Assembly (NCBI GenBank): GCA_900234795.1
Contig: LT962688.1
Span: forward strand, 90,001 to 122,000
DNA length: 32,000 nt
DNA from: Methylorubrum extorquens
Lineage (GTDB): Bacteria > Pseudomonadota > Alphaproteobacteria > Rhizobiales > Beijerinckiaceae
Direction of reading: 5' to 3'
Part shown: piece after piece, positions 1 to 7,251 of the stretch
Numbering within the stretch: position 1 is the first letter of the stretch
Layout of the letters: the number at the start of each line of letters is the position of its first letter
Translations under genes and position numbers: made by a program
The notes under the pieces: generated by a model
The model's input: only the letters and a program-made list of their open reading frames with translations
Database searches by the model: none
What the model was told of the DNA's origin: nothing

Positions 1-214
1 GGGGCGGCGGTGGACGACGCCAGCGGTTCGCGAGCCGCAGGATGGCAAGGAGCAGGATCAGGAGGCCGAGCGGACGGTGCAGCGCGACCAGCGCGTGGTA
101 GTCGGCGAGCGACGTCACCATCGCGACGCCGATCAGCAGCATGGTCAGAATCAGTGCCGCCATGCTCCAGTGGAGCAGACGTGCCGGCAGGTTGAAGCGG
201 GTTCTGTCCGTCAC
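1..214 (-). CDS. cytochrome b561 family protein, N-terminal part only (gene runs off the left window edge)
   Basis: Absent from the ORF track because it is open to the window edge. Minus-strand translation from GTG (214-212) reads VTDRTRFNLPARLLHWSMAALILTMLLIGVAMVTSLADYHALVALHRPLGLLILLLAILRLANRWRRPPPP. The LLHW His in TM1 and the HRPLG...RL..R motif in TM2 match the CybB/YceJ cytochrome b561 pattern. The GTG overlaps the TGA of the upstream catalase-like gene (GTGA, 211-214). Confidence 0.6.
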   Translation of the reverse strand, partial: MTDRTRFNLPARLLHWSMAALILTMLLIGVAMVTSLADYHALVALHRPLGLLILLLAILRLANRWRRPPPP

Positions 215-1323
215 AGTGAGGCTCCATCCGGTGATGTGCCGGCCACGGCGCTGGGCACCTTTTCCTCACCGGCGCGCCGGGTGAAGGATCGGGCATAGGC
301 CGCCGAGCGGGCGCTCAGCAGCGGATCATCGGAGGGGGCGATGCCGTCCGGCAGGACGAGGGGATCGAAGTTGATGTCCCGGCAAGTGCCGGCGTCCTCC
401 GGCGCCGCGCCGGTGAGGGTCAGCGTGCCCACGTCCACGCTCTCGCGGTCGGAGGGCCACGGCAGAGTCGCGTCGTCGGTGGCGTCGCTCGCCTGACCCA
501 GCGTCACGACAAGGTGCCAGTGCAGCGGTTCCTGCCGAAGCTCGGCCGCGAGGGTGTCGAACAGGACGTTCTTGTCGGCCTGCGCCTCCTGCGCGGCGGA
601 TCCCGGTTCCGGTCGCCGCTCCGGCACGAAAGCCCATCGCACCGGTGTCGTACGGCCATCGCTCGCCACGAACCGGAAGGCGTTCAGGCTCCGGAAGGTG
701 CTGTCGGCAAAGCCGGCGGTGATCGTGCGCGCCTTGATCAAGGCTGCCGCCTTCGCACTCTCAGGATGCATGGCGAAGAACGCCTTCAGGCGCTCAGGGT
801 CGGGCTTGCCGGTGGCCGGATCCGGCTTGGCGGCGAGCAACTGCTCGTAGAAGGCCTCCGGCGTGCGCACCGGGAAGACCGGGATGTTGTTCATGCCTGT
901 CCGCCACTCCTCGCCCTCGGGCAGCCGGAAGCGCAGGGCGAGGCTGCGCACGGTGGCCGCCGCATCGGCCGCGTAGGGCTGCCCGCCCGCGAGCGCGACC
1001 CGTCCCTCAACCGGCGTCACGCGCCCCGCCGAGAACACGCTGGCCTTCGAGAGACGGGCTCCTGCTCCGTTGCTGGCGAAATCGCCGGCCACGCACAGGC
1101 CCTTGGCATGGTTGCGCCGGAAGCCGGGATGGGGACCGTTCACCTGCTCGAAGCGGTCGACGACGCGCGCCGGGGTCAGTGCGTCCGGTGACAACCAGCC
1201 GCCCGCATAGGTGAAGGCTCCGGCCGTTCCGGCGAGCACCGCGCCGATGCCGGCAAGGCGCAGCATCAGGGCGCGCGTGGTCATTCCGGGAGGCGCCCCG
1301 GTCAGGTGGTGCAGCAGGGTCAT
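211..1323 (-). CDS. catalase-related haem protein (SrpA-like catalase-family peroxidase) with N-terminal membrane anchor
   Basis: Track ORF 211..1482 trimmed to the ATG at 1323 (MTLLHHLTGAPPGMTTRALMLRLAGIGAVLAGTAG..., one TM helix). The longer form would overlap the anti-sigma gene that stops at 1331. GAGG lies 7 nt upstream. Catalase distal-His motif FRRNHAKG and proximal-Tyr-like motif RSAAYARS are present. About 370 aa. Confidence 0.85.
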   Translation of the reverse strand: MTLLHHLTGAPPGMTTRALMLRLAGIGAVLAGTAGAFTYAGGWLSPDALTPARVVDRFEQVNGPHPGFRRNHAKGLCVAGDFASNGAGARLSKASVFSAGRVTPVEGRVALAGGQPYAADAAATVRSLALRFRLPEGEEWRTGMNNIPVFPVRTPEAFYEQLLAAKPDPATGKPDPERLKAFFAMHPESAKAAALIKARTITAGFADSTFRSLNAFRFVASDGRTTPVRWAFVPERRPEPGSAAQEAQADKNVLFDTLAAELRQEPLHWHLVVTLGQASDATDDATLPWPSDRESVDVGTLTLTGAAPEDAGTCRDINFDPLVLPDGIAPSDDPLLSARSAAYARSFTRRAGEEKVPSAVAGTSPDGASL

Positions 1324-1330
1324 GGATGCC

Positions 1331-2104
1331 TCAGGTGTTCGTCGCGGTCGTGCGGCGGATCTCGTTGGCCAGGGGATGAAGGACAGCCGGATCGCTGGCA
1401 CCCACAAGGCTGTAGCCGAGCCCGTCCTGGGCCCAGGCGTAGCCGGCGGCCGACCTGGACCGGTGCTCACGCATGGGCGCATCGCCCGGCTGGGCCATGG
1501 GCCGCATCAGCATGACCAGACGCGTGCCATGATGGTCGTCATACATCAGCAGACCTGCCGGACCGTGCGGCGTGGCCACCAGCCGTCCGCCCATTAGCCG
1601 GTAGCCGGAGGAACTTAGGTCCGGCACGCCGACACGGCGGTCGAGCCGGGCAGAGAACCAGCGGGCGAGTTCGTCGCTGTCGCTCGCCGCGAGTTCGACC
1701 GGGCGCAGGCGGTCGGGGGCATAGACGGCGTAGTTCGCGCTCGCCTCCTGGGCCAAGGCATCGACCCCGGTCATCGGCGAAGACAGCGTTCCGCGAAGAC
1801 CCCAGCCGCCCAAACCTCCGAGCGCGAGGAGGACGGCAGCGGCCGCAGCCTGCCAGGTGGGCAGACGCGGGCGCCGCCGTGCCTCGACGAGGTGTGCGAG
1901 GTTGAGCTGGGCCGGAACGGGTTCGGCGGCCACCGGGCCGAAGGCTCCGCGCAGGTCGTCACCGAGTGCGCGCATGCGCTCGACGCGTCGGCTGAGATCG
2001 GGATGGCGAGTGAGATAGGATTCGACCTCGGCTTTGCGCGCCGCTTCCAAGCGCTCGTCGACGAACGCCTGCAGGTCGTCCTCGGTAATCGGGCGCATGG
2101 TCAC
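1331..2104 (-). CDS. anti-sigma factor, single-pass membrane protein
   Basis: 257-aa ORF directly after an ECF sigma gene. GTG at 2104 overlaps the sigma stop (GTGA); an alternative ATG is at 2098. N-terminal helical anti-sigma-like domain (ITEDDLQAFVDERLEAARKAEVESYLTRHPDLSRRVERMRAL), one TM (WQAAAAAVLLALGGLGGWGL), then a periplasmic C-terminal domain. No HxxxCxxC zinc motif seen. Confidence 0.8.
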   Translation of the reverse strand: MTMRPITEDDLQAFVDERLEAARKAEVESYLTRHPDLSRRVERMRALGDDLRGAFGPVAAEPVPAQLNLAHLVEARRRPRLPTWQAAAAAVLLALGGLGGWGLRGTLSSPMTGVDALAQEASANYAVYAPDRLRPVELAASDSDELARWFSARLDRRVGVPDLSSSGYRLMGGRLVATPHGPAGLLMYDDHHGTRLVMLMRPMAQPGDAPMREHRSRSAAGYAWAQDGLGYSLVGASDPAVLHPLANEIRRTTATNT

Positions 2105-2637
2105 TTCACCCTCCTGAGCAGCGGACGCTTGACGGGAGCGGACGCGCTCTCACCGTCGATGAGCTGGATCATCCGGTCGCGCGCACGCGACAGGCGCGAC
2201 ATCACGGTCCCGATGGGGATGGCGAGCACCTGCGCCGCCTCGGCGTAGGAGAGCCCCTCCACGCTCACGAGCAGCAGTACGCCGCGCTGCTCTTCCGGCA
2301 GAGCATCGAGAGCGGCCGTCACGTCGCGCTGGAGCAGGCAATCGTCCTGGTTCGGGGCGACGGCCAAAGTCGCCTCCGGCGCATCCTCGACGGTCATGTA
2401 CGAACCGCGGCGCGCGCGCTGGCGCATCTGGCTGACGGCGAGGTTATGAAGAATGGCGTAGAGCCACGTGCGCACGTCCCCGTCGGCCCGGCGCTGATGC
2501 CACCGGGCGATGGCGCGCTCGAGACAATCCTGGACAAGGTCGTCCGCATCGGTCGGGTTGTGCAGGAGCGCGCGGGCATAGCGGCGCAGGGCCGGAATGA
2601 GCGGCTCGATGAGGCGGATCATATCGCTCACGGCCAT
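2101..2637 (-). CDS. ECF-type RNA polymerase sigma-70 family factor
   Basis: 178-aa ORF. Region 2 is DADDLVQDCLERAIARWHQ...WLYAILHNLAVSQMR. Region 4 is LPEEQRGVLLLVSVEGLSYAEAAQVLAIPIGTVMSRLSRARDRM. AGGAGG abuts the ATG at 2637, so the GTG at 2631 (6-nt spacing) may be the true start. Confidence 0.9.
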   Translation of the reverse strand: MAVSDMIRLIEPLIPALRRYARALLHNPTDADDLVQDCLERAIARWHQRRADGDVRTWLYAILHNLAVSQMRQRARRGSYMTVEDAPEATLAVAPNQDDCLLQRDVTAALDALPEEQRGVLLLVSVEGLSYAEAAQVLAIPIGTVMSRLSRARDRMIQLIDGESASAPVKRPLLRRVK

Positions 2638-2710
2638 CCTCCTGACACGCGCGGACTTCGTTCGACCGATCCGCCCGCGGCAAGCGCGCCCGGCGACGGT
2701 ACGGGGACAG

Positions 2711-2736
2711 AGACGCCGTTTCTCGACGTTTATTCC
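2711..2736 (-). promoter_or_regulatory. putative ECF-dependent (autoregulatory) promoter of the sigma operon
   Basis: Minus strand reads GGAAT (2736-2732), 16 nt, then CGTCT (2715-2711), about 75 nt upstream of the sigma start. It shares the extended motif CGGAATA...GGCGTCT with the plus-strand site at 2815-2841. An A7 tract lies 13 nt upstream of the -35. Confidence 0.45.
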
Positions 2737-2768
2737 GGAGCCAGACTGATTTTTTTGGGTCGTACGCC

Positions 2769-2782
2769 CTGACGGATGTCAG
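2769..2782. promoter_or_regulatory. inverted repeat CTGAC-GGAT-GTCAG at the dyad centre of the divergent promoter region
   Basis: 5-bp arms with a 4-bp spacer. The centre is at 2775.5, within 1 bp of the midpoint (2776) between the two GGAAT -35 elements. Confidence 0.3.
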
Positions 2783-2815
2783 ATGACGAGACCGAAATTT
2801 TTTGGGGCCGAGCGC

Positions 2816-2841
2816 GGAATATTTCGTGGAAGATGGCGTCT
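2816..2841 (+). promoter_or_regulatory. putative ECF-dependent promoter of the small secreted protein gene
   Basis: Plus strand reads GGAAT (2816-2820), 16 nt (ATTTCGTGGAAGATGG), then CGTCT (2837-2841), 57 nt upstream of the ATG at 2898. A T6 tract (2798-2803) lies 12 nt upstream of the -35. Confidence 0.45.
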
Positions 2842-2897
2842 GTCAGGTCGTTGCCGGTCCGATCGAAGTGTTCGGCAGCGAACCAGAGGAATCTGAC

Positions 2898-3182
2898 ATG
2901 TACAACATCAAGCACACCGCTCTCGTCCTGTTCACCGCCGTCGGTGCCCTTGCCGCCGTCACCACGGGTGCAAGTGCAAAGTCCGTCGCGCCGGCTCAGG
3001 CCTGTGCAGGGAGCTGCACGTCGTCAATCGTCTCCGCCTGGACGGCCGGCGCAATGCCGCGCGACGAGTTCTTCGAGAGCGACACCGACTCCGCCAACGC
3101 CAACAACCCCGCCCTGCCGCCCTATGCCCGCGGCCGGGGCCAAGAGGCGGGTGGGCCCGCACGAGAGCTGATCCCGAACTGA
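2898..3182 (+). CDS. small secreted hypothetical protein (94 aa) with a CxxxC pair
   Basis: Track ORF 2802..3182 trimmed to the ATG at 2898, which has AGAGGAA 6 nt upstream. Signal-peptide-like N-terminus MYNIKHTALVLFTAVGALAAVTTGASA|KS. The mature part contains CAGSC. No family recognised. The 3' end abuts the IS remnant. Confidence 0.45.
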   Translation: MYNIKHTALVLFTAVGALAAVTTGASAKSVAPAQACAGSCTSSIVSAWTAGAMPRDEFFESDTDSANANNPALPPYARGRGQEAGGPARELIPN

Positions 3183-3205
3183 ACCGGCGCAAGCGTTCCC
3201 GCCTC

Positions 3206-3537
3206 TTGCGAATCCTGACGCCGATCGACGAGCACAGCCGGGCGTGCCGTGGGCTGAAGGTGGCACGGCGCATCAACAGCGTCGGCGTGATCAATGCACT
3301 AGCCGACGCCCTGTGCCTGCACCGCATCCCGGAACACATCCGCCGCGACAATGGCCTTCAAATGATCTCGAAGGCACCCCGCAAATGGGTCACAAAAGCT
3401 GGTGCGCAGATCCAGTACATCGCACCAGGATCGCGTTCGACTGCACTCGTCGCTCGGCGATCGGCCGCCCGCGCTTGTCGCCTTCCTGGATCGGGCGTTC
3501 GGCACCCCAGAGCGGCTACTATGCAGCAGCCTCGCAA
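3206..3537 (+). pseudogene. decayed integrase-core (rve) transposase remnant, IS3/IS481-like
   Basis: Frame 1 reads ILTPIDEHSRACRGLKVARRINSVGVINALADALCLHRIPEHIRRDNGLQMISKAPRKWVTKAGAQIQYIAPGS, matching the rve core pattern ...DE.TRE.....R.......I.....P..I.SDNG.E........W......Y..PG. After about 3435 the homology continues in another frame (RLHSSLGDRPPALVAF, i.e. RPHSSLGYRPPAP). This implies an internal deletion of about 45 codons plus a frameshift. There is no N-terminal domain, and the 3' end is interrupted by the IS5-family element. Confidence 0.6.
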
Positions 3538-3541
3538 CTAG

Positions 3542-4383
3542 GTCCTGTTGTCACTTGATCCAATCGAGCGTTGCGGCAAGGCAGAGAACGCCGGTGAAGC
3601 TGAGGGCGGTCTTCTCGTATCGGGTTGCCACGGCCCGCCACTCCTTGAGGCGCGCCCAGAGCCGCTCGACGATGTTGCGGTTGTTGTAGACCCAACTCGG
3701 GCAGGCGACCGGGGCCTCGTTGCGTTTGGTCGGGATCGCGGGCCGGGCGCCTGCCTTCCAGATGTGGTCGCGGAAGCCGTGGCTGGAGTAGCCGCGGTCG
3801 CCCACCACCCACTTCGGCACACCGGGCAATTGGTCGAGCAACGGGATGGCATGGGGCAGTTCGTGCGCCTGCCCCGGGGCGATGCGGAAGGCGACGGCGC
3901 GGCCCGCTCCGTCGGCGATCACGCAGGCTTTGGTGCCATAGCCGCCACGTGAGCGGCCAAGCGCTTCACGATGGTCTCGCTCGGCCGCAGATCCCCCCTT
4001 TTTGCAGCGCCCGCCGCCTTCTGATGAGCCCGCACGTTGCTGCCGTCGAGGAAGACCATGCCCAGTGCGAGACCGCGCTCCTGCACGCGGTCGAGCAACC
4101 GCTCCCCACACCCCGGCGCGCGCCCACCGGATGAAGATCTGAGCAGCGCGCCACCAAGGGCCCAATTCCTCGGGGATGGCCCGCCACTTGGCCCCGTTCT
4201 GATGCCGCCAGAGGATGGCCGAGATCGTGCGCCGAAGCTCCTGAGGCGGCGTCTTGGCCTTTGGGCGACAGGCCTCGATCAACGGCTCCAACTCATCCCA
4301 CTGCGCGTCCGACAGCATCACGCCTCCTCACTTGAAAACGAGAAAACGCCAGAGTTGGCAATCCGTTCAAGCGACAACAGGCC
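3542..4383 (-). mobile_element. IS5-family insertion sequence (IS427-group-like), 842 bp
   Basis: Terminal inverted repeats GTCCTGTTGTCACTTGA (3542-3558) and, reverse-complemented, GGCCTGTTGTCGCTTGA (4383-4367) match at 15/17 positions. Both ends are flanked by CTAG (3538-3541 and 4384-4387), consistent with an IS5-type YTAR target duplication. The element encodes a DDE transposase. Confidence 0.8.
3551..4321 (-). CDS. IS5-family DDE transposase, probably frame-disrupted copy
   Basis: The 256-aa ORF has a typical N-terminus (MLSDAQWDELEPLIE...ILWRHQNGAKWRAIPEELGPWWRAAQIFIRWARAGVW) and C-terminus (KKGGSAAERDHREALGRSRGGYGTKACV...VGDRGYSS...YNNRNIVERLWARLKEWRAVATRYEKT). The conserved middle block ERLLDRVQERGLALGMVFLDGSNVRAHQKAAGAAK is encoded in a different frame (see findings). 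Confidence 0.75.
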   Translation of the reverse strand: MMLSDAQWDELEPLIEACRPKAKTPPQELRRTISAILWRHQNGAKWRAIPEELGPWWRAAQIFIRWARAGVWGAVARPRAGARSRTGHGLPRRQQRAGSSEGGGRCKKGGSAAERDHREALGRSRGGYGTKACVIADGAGRAVAFRIAPGQAHELPHAIPLLDQLPGVPKWVVGDRGYSSHGFRDHIWKAGARPAIPTKRNEAPVACPSWVYNNRNIVERLWARLKEWRAVATRYEKTALSFTGVLCLAATLDWIK

Positions 4384-4543
4384 CTAGCTCGGTCCAAAAT
4401 AATGGGTCGGGTCAAGGTGATGATCATCATCAGGAACCGACGAAGCGGGGCCACGCGAGGCACCGGCGCTGACGTCGAGGCGGACGTCGTTCGTACAGGT
4501 CGACCAAATGAGAGCAATCATCGCTCGCCCCGCACACGAGATG

Positions 4544-4846
4544 TCAGGTGTTGGCGAGGCGGCTCAGCGTGTCGGTCAGCGTCAGGGCGAACAGAATCGC
4601 GAGCCAGAACAGCCCGCAGGCGGCGGCGAGACGCACCAGGCGGTCGGCGCGATTCAGGCGCATGAACAGCAGGGCGACCAAAGCGGCCTGCGTCGCGGCG
4701 AGGCCGAAATTCACGGCTGGAGCCCAGGGGGCCTTGAGGTGGTAGGCAGCGAGCAGGCTTGCCGTCAGGAGCCCCAGCAGCAGAAGCCAGACGACGAGGC
4801 CGCGCAGCCAGAGCGCGCCGGCCTTTGTCCGAAGGCGCGCCCTCAT
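4544..4846 (-). CDS. cytochrome c oxidase subunit IV (prokaryotic COX4 family), 100 aa
   Basis: Track ORF 4544..5407 trimmed to the ATG at 4846, which overlaps the subunit III stop (ATGA, 4843-4846). Three predicted TM helices. The motif GLAATQAALVALLFMRL resembles the A..KA.LV..FM.L signature of small oxidase subunit IV proteins. Confidence 0.7.
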   Translation of the reverse strand: MRARLRTKAGALWLRGLVVWLLLLGLLTASLLAAYHLKAPWAPAVNFGLAATQAALVALLFMRLNRADRLVRLAAACGLFWLAILFALTLTDTLSRLANT

Positions 4847-5532
4847 GCGCTCCGCCCATCGAGGTAGAGCATCGGGTAGAGGAAGATCCAGACCATGTCG
4901 ACGAAGCCCCAGTAGAGTGTCGCCACCTCCACCTGTGGGCTCGCAAGCAGGAAGCCCGGTGCGCGCCACTCCCGCCAGATGAGGCGGACGATGAGGCCGA
5001 TGCCGATCGACAGATGGATCGCGTGGACCGAGGTCGAGAGCCAGTAGAAGCCGAAGAAGAGCTGCGTGGCCGGCGCCTTGAGGGCGAAACCAGCGCCCGG
5101 CACGAGATGCTTCTCGATATCCTCGCGGTATTCGAGGCCTTTGACCACTAGGAAGGCAAGACCGAGCAGGACGGTCGCCCCAAGGCAGATCAGGGTGAGG
5201 CGGCGCAATCCGTCCTGCTCGGAGGCCTGCGCGGCAATGGCCGCGGTCAGCCCACTGGTCAGCAGCAGCGCGGTGTTGAGGGTGCCGTAGACGATGTTGG
5301 TCTCGCGGGCGGCGGTCGCGAAGTCCGTCGCGTGCTCCAGGCGTAGCACCGTATAGAGCAGGAACAGCGCGCCGAAGAACAGCACTTCGCTGGCGAGGAA
5401 GACCCACATCCCGAAGGTGGCACCGGCGCGCTGATACGCGAACGCGCCCGTCTCCGGCAGCCTGAGCCCGTCCCAGGGCTCGCGCAGGTGGCGGTCGGCG
5501 GTTGGCGGCGTGATGTCACCGCCCGGGCTCAC
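4843..5532 (-). CDS. cytochrome c oxidase subunit III
   Basis: Track ORF 4843..5958 trimmed to the in-frame GTG at 5532, which overlaps the subunit I stop (GTGA, 5529-5532). Heme-copper oxidase subunit III-like sequence: [19 protein letters not shown]...[12 protein letters not shown]...[16 protein letters not shown]...[24 protein letters not shown]. The start codon is uncertain. Confidence 0.85.
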   Translation of the reverse strand: MSPGGDITPPTADRHLREPWDGLRLPETGAFAYQRAGATFGMWVFLASEVLFFGALFLLYTVLRLEHATDFATAARETNIVYGTLNTALLLTSGLTAAIAAQASEQDGLRRLTLICLGATVLLGLAFLVVKGLEYREDIEKHLVPGAGFALKAPATQLFFGFYWLSTSVHAIHLSIGIGLIVRLIWREWRAPGFLLASPQVEVATLYWGFVDMVWIFLYPMLYLDGRSA

Positions 5533-7220
5533 GTCAGCGCTCCTTGCTCGGCGATGCGATCGTCCTCGGCCGGCGCCGCGCTCTCGGGGTGATAATCGTA
5601 GGGGCGGCCGAGCACTTCCGGGTTGCCGAAGAAGTTCTGGCGCGGCGGCGGAGACGTGGTGCGCCATTCGAGCCCCGAGGCGTTCCACGGGTCGTTGAGG
5701 GCACGGCTGCCATAGAACAGCGACCAGGTGAGGTAGCCGAGCGGCATGAGGTAGGCCACCGCAAGCACGGCCGCGCCCGAGGACGACAGCACGTTCCAGA
5801 CCTGGAACTCCGGCGGATAGGCGTAGTAGCGCCGCGGCATGCCGAGATAGCCGGCGATGAATTGCGGGAAGAAAGTCAGGTTGAAGCCGAAGAACATCAG
5901 CAGCGCGGCAAACCGCGCCCAGCTCTCCGGATACATCCGCCCCGTCACCTTCGGCCACCAGAAATGCAGGCCGGCGAAGTAGGCCGAGACCGAGGCGCCG
6001 ACCATGATGTAGTGGAAATGGGCGACGACGAAGTAGGTGTCCTGCACGTGCACGTCGATCGGCACGGAAGCCAGGAACAGGCCAGTCAGCCCGCCCATGG
6101 TGAACAGGCCGAGGAAGCCAAGCGCGTAGAGCATCGGCGATTCAAAGCCGATCTGGCCGCGGTAGAGCGTGGCGGTCCAGTTGAACACTTTGATCGCCGA
6201 GGGCACCGCCACGATGAAGGACAGGAACGAGAAGACCAGGGCGGCAAACGGCGACATGCCCGAGGTGAACATGTGGTGGCCCCAGGTGAAGAAGCCGATT
6301 ACCGCGATCGCCACCAGGGCGTAGACCATGAACGAGTAGCCGAAGATGCGCCGCCGCGCGTAGCAGGTGATGACCTCCGAGATCACGCCCATCGCCGGCA
6401 GGATCATGATGTAGACGGCCGGGTGCGAGTAGAACCAGAACAGGTGCTGGAACAGGATCGGGTCACCGCCCCGCGCCGGATCGAAGATCGGCAGGTTGAA
6501 GGTGCGCTCGGCGATGACGAGGACCAGCGTCAGGGCCAGCACCGGCGTGGCGAGCACGAAGATCAGGCTCGTCGTGTACATCGACCAGACGAAGAGCGGC
6601 AGGCGGAACCACGTCATGCCGGGCGCCCGCAGGTAATGCACCGTGGCGATGAAGTTCACCCCCGTGGCGATGGTCGAGAAGCCCGACACGAACACGCCGA
6701 GCACGGCGAGCGTGACGAAGGTGTTCGAGAACACCGTCGAGTAGGGGACGTAGAAGGTCCAGCCGGTGTCGATGCCCCCCGCCAGCACGGCGGCGAGCGT
6801 CAGCAGCCCGCCGGCCAAGTTGAGATACCACGAGATCAGGTTGAGCTTGGGGAAGGCGAGGTCGCGTGCGCCGATCATCAGCGGCAGCAGGAAGTTCCCC
6901 ATCGTCGTCGGGATCGACGGGATGAGGAAGAACCACACCATGACGATGCCGTGCAGCGAGAACAGCTTGTTGTAGGTGTCGGCGCCGACGACGTCGCCCT
7001 GCGGCGTGAACAGCTCCAGCCGCACCAGGGTGGCGGCCGCGCCGCCGATGAAGAAGAAGAACGTGATCGACAGCGCGTAGAGGATCGCGATGCGCTTGTG
7101 ATCGGTGGTGAACAGCCAGGAGGCGACGGAATGGCCCTCGCCGAGATAGCTGACCGGCAGGCCGAGATCCAATTCGCGCGGATTGGCCAGCGTCGAGGCA
7201 TCGGAAGAGGCGCCGCTCAT
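5529..7220 (-). CDS. ctaD: cytochrome c oxidase subunit I (A-family heme-copper oxidase)
   Basis: 563-aa ORF with classic motifs: [81 protein letters not shown]. Confidence 0.95.
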   Translation of the reverse strand: MSGASSDASTLANPRELDLGLPVSYLGEGHSVASWLFTTDHKRIAILYALSITFFFFIGGAAATLVRLELFTPQGDVVGADTYNKLFSLHGIVMVWFFLIPSIPTTMGNFLLPLMIGARDLAFPKLNLISWYLNLAGGLLTLAAVLAGGIDTGWTFYVPYSTVFSNTFVTLAVLGVFVSGFSTIATGVNFIATVHYLRAPGMTWFRLPLFVWSMYTTSLIFVLATPVLALTLVLVIAERTFNLPIFDPARGGDPILFQHLFWFYSHPAVYIMILPAMGVISEVITCYARRRIFGYSFMVYALVAIAVIGFFTWGHHMFTSGMSPFAALVFSFLSFIVAVPSAIKVFNWTATLYRGQIGFESPMLYALGFLGLFTMGGLTGLFLASVPIDVHVQDTYFVVAHFHYIMVGASVSAYFAGLHFWWPKVTGRMYPESWARFAALLMFFGFNLTFFPQFIAGYLGMPRRYYAYPPEFQVWNVLSSSGAAVLAVAYLMPLGYLTWSLFYGSRALNDPWNASGLEWRTTSPPPRQNFFGNPEVLGRPYDYHPESAAPAEDDRIAEQGALT

Positions 7221-7251
7221 CGTAGGCTTTCTGCGGAAGAGGGATGATGCG

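Noticed and set aside
1324-1482. N-terminal extensions of track ORFs: 211..1482, 10846..12486, 4843..5958, 4544..5407, 17836..19149 and 2802..3182.
   Set aside because: The extensions overlap the preceding gene by 100-850 nt and look like off-frame junk. Internal ATG or GTG starts that abut or overlap the upstream stop codon give proteins of the expected family length.
4419-4486. 12-bp palindrome TGATGATCATCA (4418-4429) and the GACGTCG-AGGCG-GACGTCG repeat (4471-4489), considered as a terminator for the oxidase operon.
   Set aside because: There is no U-tract. The segment is more likely the residual 3' end of the decayed rve transposase gene that the IS5 element split. The function of these repeats cannot be inferred.
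5544-7247. Long antisense ORFs opposite strongly conserved genes: 5544..7247 (+, 567 aa), 7183..8481 (+), 8860..9882 (+), 10879..12267 (+), 13491..15098 (+), 17542..18660 (+), 19141..20394 (+), 20489..22732 (+) and 26737..28233 (+).
   Set aside because: These are typical shadow ORFs of a ~70% GC genome. Their translations are Arg/Gly/Asp/Glu/His-rich with no recognisable motifs. Each is fully covered by an opposite-strand gene with unmistakable family signatures.
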